Assembly: GCA_012026655.1 (NCBI GenBank)
Contig: JAAILG010000224.1
Coordinates: forward strand, 1-64,000
Direction: 5' to 3'
Length of the DNA stretch: 64,000 bases
Source of the DNA: Hydrolagus affinis
Lineage: Eukaryota
This document shows positions 1-10,810 of the stretch, one piece after another; the stretch's first letter is position 1; each line of letters opens with the position of its first letter. Under the pieces are notes generated by a model. The model saw nothing but the letters and a program-made list of their open reading frames with translations, had not been told where the DNA came from and did no database searches. Made by a program: the position numbers and the translations under genes.

Positions 1-59
1 GAAAAACACAGAGATGGAGAGGGTGAGAGACACAGAGAGAGAAAGATATTTACCTCCTG

Positions 60-213
60 AGAAGATAGGCCCCGAATGCGCGCGCACCCGGGATGCTCAC
101 GCACCCGGAATGCGCGCGCATGCGCAGTACGAAAAAAATCGATATTTCCGTATATCTCGATATGAGCCCATCGATATATTTAATCGGGAAAATTTCCATA
201 TCGACGGACCCTA
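60..213. mobile_element. Right end of a CpG-rich non-autonomous hAT (Ac-like) DNA transposon; element probably continues left of this range
   Basis: Terminus reads TAGGGTCCGTCGATATGG on the minus strand, with several subterminal CGATAT/ATATCG repeats as in TAGGG-ended hAT MITEs. CpGs are largely intact. Confidence 0.6.
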
Positions 214-259
214 GTAACCCCCAACCACATACACACATCACCCACCCTCATTCCACTTG

Positions 260-459
260 CATTTTATGACCAAGCTTTTCTTATATAACAAAAATAACTA
301 GCGCATACAAAATGAGGGGAATAACAATTAAATATACAATTTGGAAGGCTATAAAACAGTTAATAAGTGAGCTAAATAAATCAATGTACCGCCAACTGTA
401 CCCCCTGGAAGTAATTTTGTACCCCCTGGGGTACATGTACCCCTGGTTGAGAACCACTG
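260..459. mobile_element. Right end of a hAT-Charlie-like DNA transposon
   Basis: Ends GTACCCCTGGTTGAGAACCACTG, has subterminal GTACCCC repeats, and is followed by TTCTAGAT, matching the Charlie-type NTCTAGAN 8-bp target. Confidence 0.7.
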
Positions 460-516
460 TTCTAGATGTCTCGCAGAATATACTGTAAACTGAATTCACT
501 GTATATTTGTGGCGAA
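460..516 (-). mobile_element. Fragment of the tRNA-derived Deu-domain SINE, interrupted by the hAT element
   Basis: CAGAATATACTGTAAACTGAATTCACTGTATATTTGTGGCGAA matches 28020-28090 of the full-length copy. Confidence 0.7.
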
Positions 517-1009
517 GTAACAGAGATGGGTGCAGATTGAGATGTCTGGCCTGCTGGATCTTGAGAAGGGGGGAAGCACCTCCAACAGGAGAAAGATGAT
601 AAAACATCTGTAGCTTCAGGAAGCTCTGTGAGAAGCCTGCAATTTCACAGCAGGTTTTTTTAGTTGAATATAAAATACAATGTTGGCGGACGCTTCAGCT
701 TGTCCACATGAATAAGCAGGGTGAATGTTTCCTTTGAAAAATGCATAATTTGCTCCCACCACTGTCACTTAAAATTTGTTAATATTTGCCTCCTCAAATG
801 CAGAAAGAGAATGAACACGAGCCTCATAATGTTCCTGCTGTGGGCAATTTCCTATGGAGGTACCATCTGTACTCAATGTGATCAGCGTGTAAAATTTTCC
901 CTACTCAGGAAAGACCGTGAAGTAATAAAATAAAGCGTGTTTTATTTGTGTTTTTCTTTTCTGTGAGGTTTGTCATTTTGTCACTAGAATTGTGTGTGTC
1001 ATTACGATG

Positions 1010-1290
1010 AGAATTCAAAATATTGAAGGGTTTTGACAAATTAAATAGGGAGAATCTCTTTTCACTTGTCAGTAGTGTCAGCAAGTAGAGGGCATAACTA
1101 TCGCCAAAAATAAATCCAGTAGGTTTGGAGAATTCAGTTTACATAGCGGGTAATTATGAGACAAGATGCCCCACCTAAAAACACAGTTAGATAAATATTT
1201 GAATATATATAAAAACGTTTTGGGAAAAAACAATAGTGAGACTAAATAGATAACCCTGACAGGGAGCTGGCGCAGCTCTTTCTGGCTTTC
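1010..1290 (+). mobile_element. Decayed CR1 LINE 3' end
   Basis: TTCAAAATATTGAAGGGTTTTGAC...AGAGGGCATAAC (FKILKGFD...RGH) and a CR1-type 3' UTR ending GAGCTGGCGCAG. Confidence 0.6.
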
Positions 1291-3979
1291 TTCAATCCAG
1301 AAAATGATATGATTCCTTGTTATTGAAAAACCACAGTCAGGAGCTGGGATACAACTTTGTGAATAAAGGTGAGGAATGGAAATAGATTAAGATTAATAGC
1401 CATATCTAATGACTCTGGTTGTAAGCCAGTGGGAAGTGCCTTCACCCACTCTGCTGCCACTCTTTGAACAGAAACAAATGAATCCTGAAGCTTTGTGCTA
1501 TCTCATTATAATAGGCAGATACTGTACTTTAAAACTGGCATATTCAAGTGGCTTTTAATCCTCATTACTAATATTGCACAAATGCAAAAATTTAATCATA
1601 TTTTTAAAAATGAGTTTGGTTGAAGAGCACAGAAGATGCTTTCTGGAAAGGTGATCAGTAAAAGCCGTATTTTAGTGTAAATACATTCTGAGTGCAATAG
1701 TTCAGTGCATATCAGCCTTGATGTTGCCTGGAAACCATGTACAGTATTTAAACTTTGACATCCTCATATGTGCAAGGACTAGACAGCACTCTCCTGCTTG
1801 TTGGAAATGGGTAGCTGTAAAATGTAGCATAACTGGTGTTGTCCAACACTTTATGTTACCCTGGCTAAACTGTCAGTATTTTCCTGTCTGTGTACAATAC
1901 ATGCCTTCTGTAGAATATGTAGCTTTATTTGCTAGAAAAGTTAACCATTCAAATGGATGTGCAGGTCTCATCGACTGTTCTCATGAAAGGTGGGGAAATT
2001 TTTTTTTACACAATGAAACATCTGTGAAAATCAGGAGGTTTTTGTTGTGCATATTTTCAAACAATGAGGTTCTCATTGTTTTGCTTCTTGTATCTCAACA
2101 GTAAATAATAGTTTATTCTTATCCATTAAGAGGACAATGCAGTCAATACTTCACAGTAAAGCCTGCGATGCACTTTAAGACATCCTTCAGGTGTAAAAGG
2201 TTCTATATCAAAAGCAAGGATTATTATTTTATTATTTGGTCCATCACATCTTCATTGGCTTTCTTTAGTAGATATTTGCCCAGCTCTGTTTTAATAAGAA
2301 AAAAATCCTGTTTTATTTTTGAAAAGAATCTAAGTGTGTCAAGATATTTTTAAGGTAATTTAAAATGATATAATAGAATGAAAAAGTGGGAAGATAGGTT
2401 GAGCAGAAGCAAAAGCGCCTAGTAAATAAAATATTCACAAAAGACATTCACCAAGATATTCATGCTTATCTAACAAAGCATTTCACAATGCATTTCCCAG
2501 AATTAGGGTGATTCCTGGTTGACTGTGTGATTTATTAAATGGAAATCATACCCAAATCTTCGATTAGGGCCAATGGTGATCAGGATTTAGGATCCCATCT
2601 GATATTTAAATGAGTGCAGTGTGTATACAATATTTGCAGTGTACATATTAACTGGGCTTTCTACAGTTACTGCTAAATGGCTTAATTTAATATTGGAATA
2701 GCAAACTCTAAGCAACTGAAAGTCCTCCTTTCAGCATTAGAATTTGCGACTTCAGTTGCAATAACCACATTAAATCCTGCAGCATTCTCTCGTTCTGTAT
2801 TTTTATAGATCTAGTGTGACTGGTGTGATTCCAGTTTTGCACTTTCCCATTCTGTTCTAAGTGTGATACCAGTTCCTGTCTTGTCCCATAGGTCTTTCTT
2901 TTCTCCCCTGAGTCATTCACATAGTAAGACTTGATTCAGGTAATTTTCTTGAAAACTCCTGCTGTCACATTGCTTTCATGGTAAATGCTCTGAAGCATAA
3001 ATCAGAATTAGAATGTATTTAAAGGAAATTCATTCAGTGGCTTTCCATTACACCACCCCATTGATAGTTTTCAGGTTGTTTTAGTGACAAAAGCTACTGT
3101 GTATCTAAATGAGCCTCTTTGTACGTTTTCCTGCATAAAATTAAATGCTGCCATATATTTTGTAGAGTATTAACGTTACAGTTCCAACAGGTGACAAATC
3201 ATAAGAGCCCCAGTGCTGACGGTGTTTAAAGAAAACCACAGAAGTTTTAGGAATTAGGTCGAAAATACATTTTGGGCAGAATCTCAAATATGAATAATGG
3301 TGGGATGTAGTTTAAAGAGAAGTGCTATTTTAGGATTATTGTTCAGAATCATTATGTGGACAGTCTTGTGTAGAGGACATCACTGATTTTACATTCTTGC
3401 CGCTCAGTCCTTCTGTGAGTTCAATTTTAAATCACCACAGCAATACATAGCAATATCATCAAGGACAGTTTGATGTTCATACTGTGTGAAGAGGAGGTTA
3501 CAAATTTTACATGTGTTACTTAGTATATTAATTCACGGACTAATCAAGCTCTTGTTCTCTTTCGAAAGACATCTGAATGCATTGGATTACATAAAGGGCA
3601 CTAAATCAGAAACGCACCTTTAAAACTCTTCTTTCACAGGTCAAAGAACACCACTGTCACCAAGTGCAATAATTTGTTCTGCTGTATTGATTATATTCAG
3701 GGTAAGGAGACTTTGAAGTTACCGTGAGCCGATTCATGTGGCAGCATTGGTTAAAGTGTGAATTAGGTCATTTGGTCCCAATCAGTCTAGACTGCAATCG
3801 TTTCTCCTACATACTGCGCCATTTATTTCACTCCAGTCTTTCTCTTTCTCTCCCTCATCGTTCTCTGTCTTACTGCACAGTAACTGCTTCACATTCAACA
3901 ACAACAGCAAGTTACATTTGTCGTGACACAAAATCTAAGTTCACAGAATTAGATAATGGGGGAATGGTTAGAAATGAAA

Positions 3980-4215
3980 CCATAGAAATCTACTGCACAA
4001 AAGGAGGCCATTCGACCCATCAAGCCTGCAATTGCTTATGGAGAAGGATGTTGCTTCAATTGTCATATTCCTTCAAGTCCCTCCCTTCCAAATACCCCCA
4101 ACTTCTCTCTTGAAAGCTACAATGGAATCCACCTCCATCACTCTCCCTTGGCAAGGCCTTCCACCTTCCAACCATTCACTGGGTGAAAAGATGCCTCCTA
4201 AGTTCTCCATTGGCA
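3980..4215 (-). mobile_element. CR1 LINE 3' fragment
   Basis: CATAGAAATCTACTGCACAAAAGGAGGCCATTCGACCCATC is the reverse complement of the CR1 tail seen at 5175-5230. Confidence 0.7.
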
Positions 4216-4253
4216 GCCTATTACTGATGGATGAAGCCGAGAGTTATGTAAAG

Positions 4254-4380
4254 CAGTGTTTCTCAACCTGTTCGATGCCGGGAACCGGCTGGCTATCTTC
4301 CTAAACTGACGTGGACCACTTTTAAGGTCCTTGCCATTTTTGTCTATTTTTTGTCTATTTTTTACTACTAGATTTGTGCA
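4254..4380. mobile_element. Left end of a hAT-Charlie-like DNA transposon
   Basis: Starts CAGTGTTTCTCAACCT, the same TIR type as the end at 459, and is preceded by the 8-mer ATGTAAAG. Confidence 0.55.
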
Positions 4381-4382
4381 TA

Positions 4383-4695
4383 TAACAACAACAACTTTGA
4401 TTTATATAGCACCCTCCACACCAAATGGTGTCTTAGAGCACTTCACAATAACAGATCCCAGGACCGAGCCAGGGGCAGGGGGAGGAAGGTGACCAAAGGA
4501 GTGGTAGAAGCGAAAAATCTTTAGTTGGGACCTGAAACTGGGAAGAGAGGGGGCGAGGCGAAGGGAGTGAGGAAGAGAGTGAGGAAGGGAGTTCCAGAGT
4601 CTCGGGACGTAGTGACTGAAGGAACGGCCGCCGAGGGTGAGCAGAGGATTCGGGGGACACGGAGGAGGCCAGACTCGGTGGAGCGAAGTCCAGAT
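4383..4695 (-). mobile_element. L2-clade LINE 3' end
   Basis: Colinear with 63556-63855 (GGACCGAGCCAGGGGCAGGG...GACCTGAAACTGGGAAGAGAGGGGGCGA) and has a (TTG)n tail. Confidence 0.85.
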
Positions 4696-4724
4696 GGCCT
4701 ATGTGCTCCTACGTCTTATGTCCT

Positions 4725-4835
4725 CATAGTTAGAGACCTGACCTCGCAAGCCACAGTCCTGCAGAGCTCAGTGGGTAGAGCCCTCACCTCGCAAGCCACA
4801 GGCAGCAGCTCAATGGTTAGACTGCTCGCAAGCTG
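4725..4835 (+). repeat. Three tandem partial tRNA/SINE-head units
   Basis: Units of (AGCTCA.TG)GTTAGA...CTCGCAAGC repeated about every 40-50 nt. Confidence 0.55.
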
Positions 4836-4864
4836 CATAAAAGGCAAAGATTATTATCTCCTTC

Positions 4865-5420
4865 CACGGTCTCCTATGCTGTTCCAACGAACCGCAGCAT
4901 CAGCTCGAGAAACAGCACCTTATCCATCTGCGAGGGACCTTACAGCATTATGGTCTTAATATTGATTTCAACAATTTCAGGCCATAACAGCTCACCTCCC
5001 TCCTCTTCTGCGACCATCTGATCTGCCTGTTCTTTGGCAATTCCAGCCCCTCTATGTTTGTTTTAACATTATTAACACCAGAATTAGATCTTTATTTAGG
5101 GAGAACAGGTCTGTTAGGTTATAGGGAGAGAGCTGGGCAGTGGGATTGAGTTGTTCTTTTCAAAGAGCCAGCACAGACTAGATAGGTCAAATGGCCTCCT
5201 TTTGTGCCATAAAATTCTATGATTCTATGAACACCTCTTCTCTGCAATTATGTCACAACCCACTTTTGTTTAACAACATTAACACCTCTTTAACCCATCA
5301 TCTCCTGCCCGCTACCCCATTTTCCCCTTTGTCTTCCTTGCCCTGCCTCTCTCCCTTTGTCAATCCTTAAAAGCCTCTCCCACCAGAGCTGACGAAGGGT
5401 CGTGGACACGAAACGCCACT
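4865..5420 (+). mobile_element. Penelope-like retroelement 3' end (GIY-YIG endonuclease C-terminus plus pseudo-LTR with hammerhead motif)
   Basis: 4865-4987 translates HGLLCCSNEPQHQLEKQHLIHLRGTLQHYGLNIDFNNFRP*, the typical PLE ending (E..LI..LGTL.P.GLN). A pyrimidine-rich spacer follows, then CTGACGAAGGGTCGTGGACACGAAAC at 5389-5414. Confidence 0.8.
5095..5230 (+). mobile_element. CR1 3' tail nested in the Penelope element
   Basis: GAGCCAGCACAGAC...AAATGGCCTCCTTTTGTGCC ending in the (ATTCTATG)2 CR1 terminal octamer repeat. Confidence 0.8.
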
Positions 5421-7329
5421 CCCGCCCACTGACCACATCAACCATCAACCATCTCTTTTAATTGTATTTATTATCTTATTTATATATTTACTCAAAGTTA
5501 ATATAAAATGTAATCAGCTAATATCCCGTCAATTAAATCAATTTTCTGTTTGTTTTTCTAACTATTTATTAATCCACAATGTATAATCGAAACAATGTAT
5601 ATCGGGACGACGTATAGCGAGGAGTTCCAGTACATAATTTGTATGTTATAAATAAATTGTACATTTATCCAAGTCCCATTCATTTTCCTACTAAAAAATA
5701 GTTTGCTTTCTTTGCACTAATCAGATTTCACAAGTCGGATAAACGGCTAAGTCATAACGATTTCCTGCTCTCAAATAATGAAAATCCTAATGAAATCATC
5801 TATCAGCTCATTGACAATGTAATGCATGTATAGTTTGGTTTGTGGGATACTGCTATACACAATTGGCTGCCGCGTTTTGCCCACAAATACTGTATACAGT
5901 CGATTCACTTTACAGTATATTCTGATGCTTTCCTTCAATGAGCATATAGGTATCGCTTTATGTTTGTAAAGTTTTCTGTGATGCTTTGTGGCGATGGAGA
6001 TTCCTGCTTCCCCCCGACATGAAAGACGCTCTATAAATGTAATTTTGTTGTTGTTGTTCTTTAACTCTCTGCTATCACTGTTAGCTTCATTGTTTCCTGT
6101 TGTGTTTCCTGCTCTACTGCATAATTGATTCTAAGCCCACCAGGGAAGGAAATAGCCTAAAAAATTCAGAAGTTGCACAATTCACATCAGACAAGAGATT
6201 GTAAGAAAGTAAAATGATTGACTCCTCATCTTCCCTGAGCAATAATGATGCCTGCCTGATTCTTATTCCTACATAGAGCTTTAGATAAATTACTAGGTAG
6301 GATAATAGTGGTGTATGAGCATGACCAAAAACCAGAATTAAGGTGGCATTGGTAACTGGTCGGGTTTCTCAGCACTTTGAGGCATCCTCCCAATGGAAAA
6401 GATGCTACATAAATGTAAATTATATTGTGAGGACCACCATGCTCAGTGACATTGCCTATGTACTGTGGTGATATTACTTTAATGCTTTCCCGCTCCTGTA
6501 ACTTTTATGCACTTTCAAAAAAGTTGACAATAGTTGGCCCACAAATACACAATCACTTCACTTCACAGTTAAATCTGTGAAATACTTTGAGACGTCCTCC
6601 TGACATGAAAAACACCATACCAAATGAAAGGATTATTATTATTTTAAAAGACACTGTTATTTCATCTCTGAGACTTGGCACAAACCTAAACCAGACTGAG
6701 GAGATGAGCATTTCCTTTTTCTGCCAGCTCTAATGCTAAGTGAAATTACAAGAGAGGATCGAATGAAGAAGACTATTTGGGCCATTTGGTCTTGTACTTT
6801 CAAAATGCCAACCCAACTCTCCTCCCATTACAGAAATGCACCTGAGTGAGTTCAAATTAGTTACTAAAGTGCAAGGGCCAGGTACAAAATTACTCATAAC
6901 TTGGCAGTAAAACTGCAGCCGCACTCAGTGTGAGAAATAGAAAGGTTCACAATGGTGCAGGGATGGGTTCTTTTCTAATGCTCCATTTATATCATCAGGA
7001 GTAAGTTTGAGATAGAGTTAGTGGATTCTTCTGTACTCTACACATGCTGCTTGCATTCACGAGTGCTACTCCTTTAATAAGGAACACCTAGTAGGGATCT
7101 AAATTGAGGAGACAGAATCACAAAAGAAATCAATTTGCTCCTGATTTTTGGAATTCTGTTCGGACGCTGATAGAAGTTCAGCCCGCATAAATTCAGTGTT
7201 CGAATGGAGTTTCAGAGGTTCAGCTGCAGTATCATGTAAGGACAGGATTGTAACACACAGCCAAATGCAGAAAAACATGGTACTTTACATGTATACCGAC
7301 TCGCACTGTACAACTATAAGTTAATATCG

Positions 7330-7570
7330 AAACCTTGAGCAAGTTTCCTTACTTCACATCCCTAATAATAATCCCTAAAAAAAAACACAATAATAAAATT
7401 GGTCATTTCAATCCACAATTGTTTATGGGACACTGCTGTGCACAATTGGCTGCTGCATTTCGCCCACAAATATACAGTCAATTCACTTTACAATATATTC
7501 TGTGAAGCGTTTTGAGACGTCTAGAAAACATAAAAAGAGCTATATCAAATTCAAGGATTATTATTATTAA
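7330..7570 (+). mobile_element. 5'-truncated tRNA-derived Deu-domain SINE
   Basis: Core GGGACACTGCTGTGCACAATTGGCTGCTGCATTTCGCCCAC plus an L2-like tail ending CAAGGATTATTATT. Confidence 0.9.
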
Positions 7571-8394
7571 TAATATGAATGTAATTGTCTGCCATTCTTC
7601 CATTATGTCCATAAAAGATGTGCAGTAAGCAGCAATAATATTCATAACAGTCCCCTGATGCAGAACTCACTGGACAACAAGACTCTACTGCACCCAGCTC
7701 TCTGTCAGCAGTGACTGGTTCTGTTATTGGTTCATGTTGTGCTTCTGTTGTTTTCTTAATACAGTGGTACACAGCAAACTGTGCTCCCAAGAGTGTGTGG
7801 GATGATCCAGAACAATTGCAGTTAACCTTCATTGCCATGCAGACCAATTATAACACAGTTTTACTGGACAGAACGGCATCATTGAGTCACAGGTTAAAGT
7901 GATTCACTTCATGGACTGCCACTCAATCATGCTCTAGTTTCTCACTCTTATTGTATAGTCTGATGCAGAACCTGCTGAATGCAATAGGTCACCTATGCCC
8001 TCTGCCATTTCGGTCACTGCTGAGGTGTTTGAGAACTTTAGAATCTTCCGCTGTGTTAATCTCACTAACTTCAGAACTGACCTGGAGTCAAATACTTACC
8101 GACTGATCTGTACACCCAGTGGCACAAAGAAGGAGGGGGTTCCTCCTCTGTAGCCTTTAACCCTTTACAAAACTGTCTTTTTTTTCCCTCTGATTTACCC
8201 CAGGTTTGAACTCCTGTTTCTGATAAGGAAAGATTGTTCAGACCAGTCCGAAATGTTCATCGATTGGTGCGATCTCTTAGTATTGCGCCCTTTACACACA
8301 TTTTCCCTAAAATTTACAAGGGCAGGAATGTTGGACCATAGATATGAAGCATGGGTTCTTATTGCTGCATATACATCACATCTTCAAAAAAATA

Positions 8395-8552
8395 TGAAAA
8401 TTCGTCACTCAATCCACAACTGTATGTGGGACACCGTGTGCGCAATCCACCCACAAAATATACAATCAATTCAGTTTACAGTAAATTCTGTGAAGCGCTT
8501 TGAGACATCTTGAAGGCATGATAAGGTGCTGATATCAAATGCAAGGATTATA
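8395..8552 (+). mobile_element. Partial SINE copy (same family)
   Basis: Core and tail TGTGAAGCGCTTTGAGACATCT...CAAATGCAAGGATTAT. Confidence 0.85.
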
Positions 8553-8629
8553 TATATGATCTTATAAATGTACTGAGCAATTTCCCTTCCCCACAAAATA
8601 ATTACACACATTTTGCAGTGTTTAGCATT

Positions 8630-9045
8630 TGTTGTCAAGAGAGTTTTATCCCAGCAGTCTGCCTATGCTGTTCCAGCAACTCTGCCTGTGTTAAGAAACT
8701 CAAACCCACTTCATCATCTCTCTCTTTGTTATCAGCTTTCCTCTGTGCTCCTTTATAATGCTGGGTTTGTGGATTCAAAAGCATTTTTGATTTTGCACCA
8801 TGTTTGTCTGGAATCTTCCCCTTATTAGTTTTCTGCGGGTGTTTGAGGGTGAGACCGCTTAATCTACTCTCACGTTTTTCTTTGGTGTGTTCTTCAATCT
8901 CTTGCCCTCTGAACAAGGCCTTCACAGTATCCCACAGTATGACTCCAGAAATGTCTCCTTTGTCATTAGACTTTAAAACATCATCGATTCCCTAATCCAG
9001 ATAGGTTTTGAATTTCGAGTTATCATTGAGTGACTTATTTGATTT
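8630..9045 (-). mobile_element. Decayed L1/Tx1-clade LINE ORF2 fragment (linker between endonuclease and RT)
   Basis: Minus-strand translation NKSLNDNSKFKTYLD*GIDDVLKSNDKGDISGVILWDTVKALFRGQ resembles the L1 ORF2 LWDxxKAxxRG motif; NSIGRLLG follows in another frame. Confidence 0.7.
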
Positions 9046-9294
9046 TTTTTAATGGGCTCCTCGGAGAGATTGATGGTACAGGCCAGTGCATGAGCTGAGA
9101 TGTGCCTGGGTTCATTCTTTTCCATGTAACAGTTTCATTCTAAAGCGATGCACTGTGTTGCAGACCGACCTGTCAGGAGACTGACTTGTAGCATCGGCAG
9201 CCGTGCTCATCATTCAGCACATTGCTCCTCACAATATTTCTAGCTTGCAAATAAATAAACAGAAACCTAACCCAAATCAAACCCTTCCCAAATT

Positions 9295-9515
9295 AAAATA
9301 AAAACAGGAATCGCTGGAGAAGTGAAAGACGCTATACAAATGTAATTTTGCATTGTATTGCATTGTATTGATATACACAATGAGTCATTCAGGATTCTGA
9401 TGAAGGTTGGCAGCCTAAACACTGACCTATCTTTCTTCATCAGATGCTAAACGAGCTGCAGCTCTAGCACTTCCCATCCTTTTTCAGATTTTCAGTCGTC
9501 GCAGATTTCCTTTTT
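9295..9515. mobile_element. Penelope pseudo-LTR remnant with degenerate hammerhead core and nested L2 tail
   Basis: CTGATGAAGGTTGGCAGCCTAAAC at 9397-9420, followed by CAGATGCT...TTTCAGATTTTCAG; L2 tail unit at about 9322-9370. Confidence 0.6.
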
Positions 9516-10639
9516 TATTACCTCCAAAATTAAACTTGCAGTTTTGAAGGCCATTTTAAAGGTCAGTCTATAATTGTACAAACTCTGTGCCACTATTCTC
9601 TGCCATCGGGAATGATTAAGGAAGGCGCCATGCTTTCTCTATCTCCAGATTTCATAACACTTCATGCATTTTACATTTTATTTTATGCTCTTTTATATGT
9701 TGCAGAATCCAAACAAATCTAAAATCTATCCTAAATATTTACCCTCCCACAGTGCACTCACAGTGAAGGTGAACTTTCTGGACTCTTAAGTAGTTTGTCA
9801 GTGTTTATTTCCAACCTACAAGTCACTTAATTACCATATATAACTCAGTCTTTCTTAACAGTTGTCTTTTTGTCTACGATTCCCACCTCTCATTATGCAG
9901 CATCTCCACAACTCTTCTCATTATCTTACCTTGTTATTGAAAGGTTTGTCTGTTTCCTTTTCTCTTTTTTTTTCACTTCCCATCTGTTGCAAACCCTTCT
10001 ATTGTGAAAGCCTTCTAATTCTCAATAGGCAGCTTTATATAATGAATCCACTTGCCAATAAAGAGGCTTGACTGTTTACTGAAAGTTCTGTCTGATCAGC
10101 GTGGCAGCAGTATGATCTGGTGCCACCTCCCGATAATGTTTTGATCATAATTCATGATCTTTATCATAAACATTAATCAATTCCGCTTCCCTTATTGGAT
10201 TTATCCTTGAAACACTTCCTATGTTTGGCTGACAATTTCTTCGGACGAGAAATGTATTTTCGTAATTGGCTGCTTCAAAACGTTGCCATAAACAAGACCA
10301 TAGAAAAGCTTCAGAATATGTAGTACTAAATCTAGATTGCTGTTTCAGTTGTTCCCTTAGACGGAGGGCATCAGTGTTGCCAGGCTGCAATCAGTTGTTC
10401 CTTGCAGACTTTAAAATTACAAATGAATGCATTTCCTTTTACCATGAGTATGATATGAAAGTCAACACAGAAACAGGCACTTCCCGAATCAGCAATACCA
10501 ACCGGATTTTAATATTACATTGTGTGAGATGAAAGGAATCCTTTCTTATTTCTTGTTTAACTGACAAACAAGGGAAAGCTGACGCCATTAAAGCAGAATT
10601 ATTTGTGCGGGGAAAATGGTAGATCGACAAGCTAGCATA

Positions 10640-10810
10640 AACAAAACGCAAAATACTGCAGATGCTGAAATTCTGAAACAAAAACGGAAGTCACTGGAAA
10701 CACTCAGCATCGATGGAGAAAGGAAAGTGAGTCAGCATTTCAGGTCCACGACCCTTTGTCAATTCTGAACCCACTTTCCTTTCTCCATAGATGCTACAAG
10801 CTAGCATGTT
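10640..10810. mobile_element. Fold-back Penelope pseudo-LTR remnant
   Basis: Inverted arms 10706-10734 and 10766-10795 flank minus-strand TGACAAAGGGTCGTGGACCTGAAATG. Confidence 0.7.

Noticed and set aside
3640-3701. Plus-strand exon-like segment (ctttcacag ... CAGG|gtaagg)
   Set aside because: Good splice signals, but only 62 nt with no partner exons and no recognisable protein; such matches arise by chance.
4433-4959. ORFs of 75 and 144 aa
   Set aside because: Off-frame or antisense readings of L2, SINE-head and Penelope fragments.
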